Shown here one piece after another: positions 47,622-55,220 of a stretch of DNA of 64,000 nt. The stretch spans positions 6,314 through 70,313 of the forward strand of contig CAMVED010000002.1 of assembly GCA_947166445.1 (NCBI GenBank), written 5' to 3'. The notes under the pieces were generated by a model. It had not been told where the DNA came from. It ran no database searches and worked only from the letters and a program-made list of their open reading frames with translations. This stretch comes from an uncultured Mycoplasmatota bacterium. Its GTDB lineage: Bacteria > Bacillota_I > Bacilli_A > RF39 > UBA660. Position 1 is the stretch's first letter. Every line of letters begins with the position of its first letter. The position numbers were made by a program, and so were the translations under genes.

Positions 47622-47628
47622 TATTTTT

Positions 47629-49392
47629 TTATTCTAAAATAGCTTTTATTCTTCTTACTCCTGCAGAAGAAGCTTCTTCTTTTTTGATTTTGAAGTGTCC
47701 TAGTTCTCCGGTATTTTTTACATGTGGTCCACCGCATAATTCTTTTGAAAAATCTCCAATAGAATATACTTTTACTTCATCTTCATATTTATCCATAAAC
47801 ATACCTTCTGCACCAGCTTTTATAGCATCTTCTTTATTCATTATTTCGCATGTAACAGGTATGTTTTCTTTAATTTTTTTATTTACTAAGTCTTCTACCT
47901 TTTGAAGATCTTCTTTTGATACTTTTTCTGGATGCGAAAAATCAAATCTTAATCTTTCAGAAGTAATATTTGACCCTTTTTGATGAACATGATTTCCTAA
48001 AACATTTTTAAGTGCTGCATTAAGTAAATGTGTTGCTGTATGATATCTAGTTTCTATTTCACTGTTTCCTGATAATCCACCTTTGAATTTTCCTTTCGAA
48101 GCAGTTCTTGATAGTTCTTGATGGGCTTTAAATTTTTCTTTAAATCCATCAGTATCAACAGTAAAACCTTTTTCTTTCGCAAGTTCTGTAGTTAGTTCAA
48201 TTGGAAACCCATAGGTATCATATAGTCTAAAAGCTATATCTTTATTTATTCTGTTGTTTTCTATCGTCTTTATTTCTTTTTCAAATTCTTTTAGGCCTTT
48301 TTCTAGAGTTCTATTAAATTTTACTTTTTCATCTTTGAGAACTTTTATTACTATTTCTTTATTTCTTTCAAGTTCTGAATAGTACTTTTTATACTCTTCA
48401 ATAAATATCAAAGCTAGTTCTTCTTCCCAATTGCTATTTATATCAATATTTAAACTTTTAGCATGTCTAATTGCTCTTCTTATTAATCTTCTTAAAATGT
48501 ATCCTTGATCAGTATTAGATGGTTTAATTCCAGCATCATCACTAGATATAAACACTGCAGTTCTTATGTGATCTAGTATTATTCTCATAGATCTTTCATT
48601 ACCTTCATATGGAATGCCTGCAATTTCTACTAGTTTATTTCTAGCGTTATCCCAAATACTAGTCATATAGTTATCATCTTTATTTTCTAGTACTGCTACT
48701 ACTCTTTCATAACCCATACCAGTATCAACGTTCTTTTTAGGAAGTTCTGTAAAAGAACCATCTTCATGTTTGTAATGATCCATAAATACATCGTTCCATA
48801 TTTCTACCCATCTATCGTCTTCTGGGTCATACTTTTCAGGAACAGGATCATCACTTCTAAAATAGAACATTTCTGTATCTGTTCCACATGGGCCTGTTTC
48901 TCCTGCAATCCAAAAATTATCGTCTTTTCCCAAAAAGGCGATTCTTTCTTCTTTTATACCTAAACTTTTCCAAATATTTAAGGATTCTTCATCCCTTGGC
49001 AGATCTTCATCGCCTTCGAAAACAGTAACTGCTAATTTTTCTACAGGTATATTTAATACTTTCGTAAGGAATTCAAAACTCCATGAAATTGTTTCTTTTT
49101 TAAAATAATCTCCAAGTGACCAGTTACCTAACATTTCAAAAAAAGTATGATGAGTTTTATCACCAACTTCTTCCAAATCATTGGTTCTTATACATTTTTG
49201 ATAATCTACAAGTCTCGTTCCAGAAGGATGCACTTCTCCCATCAAATAAGGAATAAGTGGTTGCATTCCTGCAGTGTTAAACAATACACTTGGATCGTTT
49301 ATTGGAACAACTGGTGCACTTTCTATTTGTTTATGTCCTTTGCTTTCAAAAAAGCTTATATATTTATCTTTTAAATCTTTTGCATTATTCAT
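47629..49392 (-). CDS. alaS: alanine--tRNA ligase, compact form without the C-Ala domain
   Basis: The N-terminal class II core (FNTAGMQP, HHTFFEMLGNWSLGDYFK) and the editing-site motifs HTATHLL and CGGPHV are present. The ORF ends at 587 aa. Confidence 0.92.
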   Translation of the reverse strand: MNNAKDLKDKYISFFESKGHKQIESAPVVPINDPSVLFNTAGMQPLIPYLMGEVHPSGTRLVDYQKCIRTNDLEEVGDKTHHTFFEMLGNWSLGDYFKKETISWSFEFLTKVLNIPVEKLAVTVFEGDEDLPRDEESLNIWKSLGIKEERIAFLGKDDNFWIAGETGPCGTDTEMFYFRSDDPVPEKYDPEDDRWVEIWNDVFMDHYKHEDGSFTELPKKNVDTGMGYERVVAVLENKDDNYMTSIWDNARNKLVEIAGIPYEGNERSMRIILDHIRTAVFISSDDAGIKPSNTDQGYILRRLIRRAIRHAKSLNIDINSNWEEELALIFIEEYKKYYSELERNKEIVIKVLKDEKVKFNRTLEKGLKEFEKEIKTIENNRINKDIAFRLYDTYGFPIELTTELAKEKGFTVDTDGFKEKFKAHQELSRTASKGKFKGGLSGNSEIETRYHTATHLLNAALKNVLGNHVHQKGSNITSERLRFDFSHPEKVSKEDLQKVEDLVNKKIKENIPVTCEIMNKEDAIKAGAEGMFMDKYEDEVKVYSIGDFSKELCGGPHVKNTGELGHFKIKKEEASSAGVRRIKAILE

Positions 49393-49918
49393 GTATTACA
49401 CCTACTTCTTTTAATATATCTAATGCTTTTTTTTCTAATTCTTCTAAGGTGCCATTATTATCTATTATATAATTATAATCGTTAAAATTATCAAGTGCTG
49501 TTTCTGTTATATTGTTTTTTTGACTTTCATTTAACTCTTCACTTTGTCTTTCTATTTTAATTGTTATAACATTATCATATTTTGCTTTTACTTTTTCTAT
49601 TTCTACTGGAAATCTTACATCAGAAACGATAAATGTATCATAAAAGTATGATAAAACCTCTAAATCCTGAATTAATCTATCAATATGAAAATCAGGATCT
49701 ATTTTGTTTCTAATTATATCTGTTCCTAAATGAATTAATAAATCTCTTGGCTTTGTTTCTTCTTCTCCGTCCCATCCAAAATACTTCATAGCATAGTATT
49801 TTATATATTGTCCTATTTGTACTTTGCATGGTTTATTGTTTTCTAAATGCTTTATAAGAAAATCTGCTAAAGTATCTTTGCCACTTCTTGCTTTTCCACA
49901 TATCATAATTACGTTCAT
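49385..49918 (-). CDS. P-loop kinase resembling phage T4 gp1 dNMP kinase
   Basis: VIMICGKARSGKDTLADFL parallels T4 gp1 LSGVKRSGKDTTADFI. Start at ATG 49918 (GAGGAG SD). The stop overlaps the alaS start by 8 nt. Confidence 0.65.
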   Translation of the reverse strand: MNVIMICGKARSGKDTLADFLIKHLENNKPCKVQIGQYIKYYAMKYFGWDGEEETKPRDLLIHLGTDIIRNKIDPDFHIDRLIQDLEVLSYFYDTFIVSDVRFPVEIEKVKAKYDNVITIKIERQSEELNESQKNNITETALDNFNDYNYIIDNNGTLEELEKKALDILKEVGVIHE

Positions 49919-49922
49919 ATTA

Positions 49923-51077
49923 CTACTCCTCTGTAACTTTAGCATTTACTATTTTTTCTTTTAATTTATATCTATCATTAAAGAATAGTATCAATACTTT
50001 AGCACAAGCAATTATTGGTGTCGCTAGAATCATACCTATGATGTTAAAGAAATATCCAAATACTAATAGTCCTATCATGATAGTTACTGGATGAAGTTTC
50101 ATAGTTTTACCCATAATAAGTGGTTGTAATAATAATCCATCTATTTGTTGAGATATAAACGCTATAACAATAGCAAATATTCCTACTAAAGGGCTAACTG
50201 TAAATCCTACTATTGCAGCAACAGCACCTCCTACCCAAGGTCCTATATATGGAATTATATTAGTTATTCCGCATATTAAACCAAATAACATTGGAGATGG
50301 TAAACCTGCGATAGCAAATAATATACTAGTAATTATTGCTACTATTAAAGCAATTAATAATGTTCCTTGTACAAAATCTTTGCATGTTTCATCTAAATCA
50401 TGAACAAGTTTTCTAACTACATTTTTATATTCTTTAGGAACTATTTCAAATACTTTTTTCATTCCATCAAAATCTATTAATAAATAGAATCCTACGATTA
50501 AACTAAGAAGTAATGTTCCTATACTGGAAACAATAGTGCTTACTCCTCCAATGATGGTCGTAGGAAGTGATGTTGTAAGACTAGTCCCAAAATTTTGTAA
50601 TGAATCATATACTCTATCTTCAACTGTACTAAAGTCGAAACCTGTTGAACTTAATTTTTCAAATGCATCTTTAGCAAAGTCACTAACATGCAAGAATAGT
50701 GCTGGAATTATTTCTATAAATTCATTTATTTGTCTATAAAGCATTGGTATCATAAACTTTATAACCAAGAATACTATTACTAAAAACATTGAAAAAACAA
50801 AAACTGATGCAAGTGATCTATTAACATTTTTCTTAGTTAAATACGTAACAAGCGGATCTAAAAGCCAAGCAATCACAAACCCAATAAATAAAGGGGCAAC
50901 AACTCCTAGAACACCAAATATTATTTTACCTACATGAAGTCTGGTAAGTAAAACAATAGCTAGTAGTACACTTACTAATATTATTGTTATATATAATACT
51001 TTTAATATTTTTCTTCCTAAAACTATAACTTGATTTAAGTTTTCAATATCAATTTCTTCTTTTTTTCTTTTCATCAT
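49923..51077 (-). CDS. AI-2E family transporter (PerM/UPF0118)
   Basis: About 8 TM segments with a typical C-terminal half (GLICGITNIIPYIGPWVG). Start moved to ATG 51077. Confidence 0.85.
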   Translation of the reverse strand: MMKRKKEEIDIENLNQVIVLGRKILKVLYITIILVSVLLAIVLLTRLHVGKIIFGVLGVVAPLFIGFVIAWLLDPLVTYLTKKNVNRSLASVFVFSMFLVIVFLVIKFMIPMLYRQINEFIEIIPALFLHVSDFAKDAFEKLSSTGFDFSTVEDRVYDSLQNFGTSLTTSLPTTIIGGVSTIVSSIGTLLLSLIVGFYLLIDFDGMKKVFEIVPKEYKNVVRKLVHDLDETCKDFVQGTLLIALIVAIITSILFAIAGLPSPMLFGLICGITNIIPYIGPWVGGAVAAIVGFTVSPLVGIFAIVIAFISQQIDGLLLQPLIMGKTMKLHPVTIMIGLLVFGYFFNIIGMILATPIIACAKVLILFFNDRYKLKEKIVNAKVTEE

Positions 51078-51165
51078 ATTAATCACCATTTAAATTATAG
51101 CAAAAATGCAGTAAAAAATAAAGATAATAAACAATAAAAAAAACAACCTTTATAAAAAAAGATTG

Positions 51166-51330
51166 TTACATAGTTAAATCAGACATAAAATCTTTATCTG
51201 CGTTTATCATTTTTACTGCTTTATCTTTAAGATTTTTCTTTTTATCTTTAGGAAGTCCCATGTAATAAGATGCTCCCATAATCATTCCAGCACCCATCAT
51301 CATCATTGCAGTCTTTCCCACTTTATTCAT
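51166..51330 (-). CDS. 54-aa Met/Gly-rich small membrane protein
   Basis: GAGGTGA SD lies 5 nt before ATG 51330. Sequence: MNKVGKTAMMMMGAGMIMGASYYMG followed by a basic tail. Confidence 0.55.
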   Translation of the reverse strand: MNKVGKTAMMMMGAGMIMGASYYMGLPKDKKKNLKDKAVKMINADKDFMSDLTM

Positions 51331-51363
51331 TATATTCACCTCTAGAAATATAATGGACATTTT

Positions 51364-53526
51364 TTAAAAAGTTATACCTTCAATAAGAAAATTTTTAAGA
51401 AGTGTTTTTCTGTTTTCATCCCTATCAGTGAGTACTGCTTTTTTTAAAGCTGATTCTTCTCCAATTATAATAAGTTTTTTCTTGGCTCTAGTTACTGCTG
51501 TATAAATAAGTTTTCTATATAGCATAAAATTATAACTTTTTAAAACCGGTAAAATAACAATATCAAACTCACTACCTTGTGCTTTGTGAATACTAATTAC
51601 ATAACCAAGTTTAATATCATCAAAGTTTGAAGTTTCATATTTTACAAGATTACCGTCGAAATCACATATTATTTCTTTTTTACCAATACCATTTATTCTT
51701 ATAATTTCTCCAAGATCTCCGTTAAAAACATTATCGTCTAGATTATTTACTAAGCCTATCACTTTGTCATTTTCTCTAAAAGCGGTATTATTGTGTACTA
51801 TTTGACTTTTTAAAGTTTTATCATTCAACAAATTTTGACAATAAATATTTAAATTATCAATACCGTTTTCACCTTTATACATTGGTGCAAGTATTTGTAG
51901 GTCGTATATTGAAATATCTTTATATGTATTTAAAAAATCATTCAGAATATCTTTGGTGTCTTTTTCTGTGCATGGTATAAAAGTTAAATCATCACTTGTA
52001 TTAAATAGACTAAAATCTATGGTGCCTTTTATAATATCACGTGCCAAAAAGTGTATATTGGAAGTAGAATCTTGTCTATATAGTTTTTCTAAATATGTAA
52101 CTATTGCACTTTTGCTTTCTATAATATCCTTTAAAATTTGTCCTGGTCCTACTGAAGGTAACTGGTTGTAATCTCCAATTAATACTATTTTGCAATTTTC
52201 TTTTAGTCCAAGAAACAAATTATAAAGAAGATATTCATCTACCATGCTAGCTTCATCAATTATAACCATTTCGGCATCGCTTTTATTCTCTTCATTTATA
52301 TAAAAAGTATTGCTTTCTTTTTGCCATTTTAAAAACCTATGAATTGTGTAGCTAGGAAGGCCTGATTCTTCGCTCATTCTTTTGCTTGCTCTACCTGTAG
52401 GTGCTAGGAGTACTAAAGATTTTGAAAGTTCAAAACTTGTAAATTTGTTTATGTCTTTATATATACTAGTAATAGCTTTTATTATTGTTGTTTTACCAGT
52501 ACCCGGTCCTCCAGTTATAACTGAAAAATCATAATTAAGGGCATTTGAGATGGCATCTTTTTGTTCTTTATTAAAGGTTCTGTCAATTTTTTCTTCTAGC
52601 AAAGATATCTCATTAGTATAGTCTTTTTCTTTACTATTACCTGAAAGTTTTAGTACTTTTTTGGCTATGGATAAACTGATATTATAATATTCAGTTAAAA
52701 TGTATTTATCATCATCAATTATTATTTTTCCATTTGTTACTAAATTTGCAATTCCTTCATTTATTACTTCTGTATTTACATATAAATATTTGGAAGAATA
52801 ACTAACCAATTCTTCATATGAAAAATAAATGTTACCTGTTTTAAAACTTAAGTTTTCTAATGTGTATATGATTCCAAAAGAAACTCTTTCTATGTCATCT
52901 AAGGAAATATTTAAATTATGTCTTAATCTATCAATAACTGGAAAAGATATCTCTGGTATATCATCTGGTATATAGTAAGGGTGTTTAATCATATAATCTA
53001 TGTCACTTTGATAAAATTTTTCTAGTTTAACAGCGTTTTTTACTGAAAAACCAATCTTGGTTAACATAAGCATTCTATCATAACTAGTACTATACTCTAA
53101 TAGTGCTTCATAAATAGTGCTTTTTTGCTTTGGTGTAAGCCCTTTTACCATATCTAATGACTCTTTGTTTTCAAGTATTACATTTAGACAATTGTCGCCT
53201 AAAACTTTGACTATTTTTTCTGCTTTCTTTGTTCCTATTCCTTTGAATAGTTCGCTTGATAAAAACGATATGATATTATCTTTATCGTCTGGAAAAACAA
53301 CTTCATAACTAGTTACATTAAACTGATTACCATATTTGTTGTGAAATACAAAATCGCCTTGAAATTTATAAGTATCAAGTTCATTTAAATCCGAAAAAAA
53401 TCCAGTGAAAGTTATTGTGTAATTATCTATTTGTATATTAGTTTCTTTAACATGAAAAAGCCCCACAGTATAACCGTTTTCTGAACGAAAAATATATTTT
53501 TTAAAATTTCCTTTAATATATGACAT
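51364..53526 (-). CDS. recD2: ATP-dependent RecD2-like helicase
   Basis: 720 aa with Walker A GGPGTGKTT, DEASMV, and the C-terminal SIHKAQGSEF. Confidence 0.93.
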   Translation of the reverse strand: MSYIKGNFKKYIFRSENGYTVGLFHVKETNIQIDNYTITFTGFFSDLNELDTYKFQGDFVFHNKYGNQFNVTSYEVVFPDDKDNIISFLSSELFKGIGTKKAEKIVKVLGDNCLNVILENKESLDMVKGLTPKQKSTIYEALLEYSTSYDRMLMLTKIGFSVKNAVKLEKFYQSDIDYMIKHPYYIPDDIPEISFPVIDRLRHNLNISLDDIERVSFGIIYTLENLSFKTGNIYFSYEELVSYSSKYLYVNTEVINEGIANLVTNGKIIIDDDKYILTEYYNISLSIAKKVLKLSGNSKEKDYTNEISLLEEKIDRTFNKEQKDAISNALNYDFSVITGGPGTGKTTIIKAITSIYKDINKFTSFELSKSLVLLAPTGRASKRMSEESGLPSYTIHRFLKWQKESNTFYINEENKSDAEMVIIDEASMVDEYLLYNLFLGLKENCKIVLIGDYNQLPSVGPGQILKDIIESKSAIVTYLEKLYRQDSTSNIHFLARDIIKGTIDFSLFNTSDDLTFIPCTEKDTKDILNDFLNTYKDISIYDLQILAPMYKGENGIDNLNIYCQNLLNDKTLKSQIVHNNTAFRENDKVIGLVNNLDDNVFNGDLGEIIRINGIGKKEIICDFDGNLVKYETSNFDDIKLGYVISIHKAQGSEFDIVILPVLKSYNFMLYRKLIYTAVTRAKKKLIIIGEESALKKAVLTDRDENRKTLLKNFLIEGITF

Positions 53527-53737
53527 AAATTCCTCCAGTATATAAATTATAACAAAAGATAAAACCTTTGTAAAATCTCTCTTTATTATGCTTTATATGT
53601 AGTTTTATACAAAAATACAAAAAAAGTATATAAATATTTTTTTATATTTAATATACTTTTTACTTATCAAATACTTTTTTCATACATTTTTGATTTTTTT
53701 ATTCTTTTTTTATATAATAAGTTCGGATGTGGTTTTT

Positions 53738-55207
53738 ATGTTTAAATATACAGATTCTAACAAAAGATACCATACTTTAGATTATTATTATAAAAGCAAA
53801 TATGGCTCTAAAGTATTTAAAGTTACACTTGATTTAGGTTTAACTTGCCCAAATATAGATGGAACAAAAGGATATGGAGGATGTATTTATTGCAAGGCAG
53901 GGAGTAAAGGAATCTTAAATAAAGAACAAAAACCAATTAAAGAGCAATTTAACGAAGTAAAAAGCATTCTTCATAAAAAGTGGAAAAATGCTAAATACAT
54001 TGCCTATTTTCAAAATAATAGCAACACTTATGGCAATTTAAATTATTTAAAAGAATCATTCGAAGAAGTGCTTACATATGATAATGTCGTAGGAATAAAT
54101 ATTGCAACACGTGCTGATTGTATAAATGAAGAATGCCTCGAATATTTAACTAATCTAAATGAAAGAACAGATTTAGTTATTGAGCTAGGCCTTCAAACAA
54201 TACATGAAAACACTTCTAATTTAATTAATAGAGGTCACTCTTTAAAGGAATTTGAAGAAACATATAAAAAACTTAAAAATAACAATATAAAAGTAGTCGT
54301 TCATATTATTAATGGTCTTCCTTATGAAACAAAAGACATGATGATAGAAACTGCTAAGTATTTAAATAAACTAAAAATTGACGGAATAAAGATTCACATG
54401 CTGCATATTTTAAAAGATACAGTATTAGAAAAAATGTATGAAAAAGAAAAATTTCACATACTAACTAAATCAGAATACATAAATATTGTATGTGATCAAC
54501 TTGAATACTTAAATGAAGAAATTGTTATACATAGAATAACTGGTGATCCAATAAAAGAAGATTTAGTTGAACCTATTTGGCTTATTAAAAAGTTTAGTGT
54601 TTTGAATGATATCGATAAAGAATTAAAAAAAAGAAACACTTATCAAGGATTTAATCTAAGTATTTTAAATAAATCGAGATCTTTAATGGAAACAAACCTT
54701 AAAAACAATGACATAGTAATTGATGCAACTGTAGGTAATGGAAAAGATAGTTTGTTTTTATTAAACACTATTAACAAAGGTTATTTATTTGGATTCGATA
54801 TACAAAAAGAGGCTATACAAAATACTAATAATTTATTAAAAGATAAATTTAATAATTACACTCTATATAACACTGGACACCAAAATATGTATAGTTTATT
54901 AGAAGAATATAAGAATAAAGTTAGTCTAGTTGTTTTTAATCTTGGCTACTTACCAAAAGGAGATAAAACAATTACTACTAAAAGTGATACTACTATTAAA
55001 GCTATAAAAGATGCATTTAACCTTTTAAATAACAAAGGGCACATAGTAATAACTATATATCCTGGGCATAACGAAGGATTAAAAGAAAGCATTGCTATAA
55101 AAAATTATTTAAACAAGAAAAAATATGAATATTATGAATACCATAACACTGATAATAAAAAAGCACCATATGTAATTGAAATAAAACAAAAGAAATCTCA
55201 AAATTAA
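53738..55207 (+). CDS. fusion of a TIGR01212-type radical SAM protein (YtqA-like) and a YtqB-like SAM methyltransferase
   Basis: N-terminal half carries CPNIDGTKGYGGCIYC; C-terminal half carries VIDATVGNGKDSLF and FNLGYLP. Start at ATG 53738, with TTGATT-17-TATAAT upstream. Confidence 0.85.
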   Translation: MFKYTDSNKRYHTLDYYYKSKYGSKVFKVTLDLGLTCPNIDGTKGYGGCIYCKAGSKGILNKEQKPIKEQFNEVKSILHKKWKNAKYIAYFQNNSNTYGNLNYLKESFEEVLTYDNVVGINIATRADCINEECLEYLTNLNERTDLVIELGLQTIHENTSNLINRGHSLKEFEETYKKLKNNNIKVVVHIINGLPYETKDMMIETAKYLNKLKIDGIKIHMLHILKDTVLEKMYEKEKFHILTKSEYINIVCDQLEYLNEEIVIHRITGDPIKEDLVEPIWLIKKFSVLNDIDKELKKRNTYQGFNLSILNKSRSLMETNLKNNDIVIDATVGNGKDSLFLLNTINKGYLFGFDIQKEAIQNTNNLLKDKFNNYTLYNTGHQNMYSLLEEYKNKVSLVVFNLGYLPKGDKTITTKSDTTIKAIKDAFNLLNNKGHIVITIYPGHNEGLKESIAIKNYLNKKKYEYYEYHNTDNKKAPYVIEIKQKKSQN

Positions 55208-55220
55208 GATTTCTTTTGTT

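Noticed and set aside
49393-49480. I expected a T-box leader upstream of alaS.
   Set aside because: The alaS start overlaps the preceding gene by 8 nt, so there is no room for a leader. The nearest structured RNA candidate lies downstream of alaS, not upstream.
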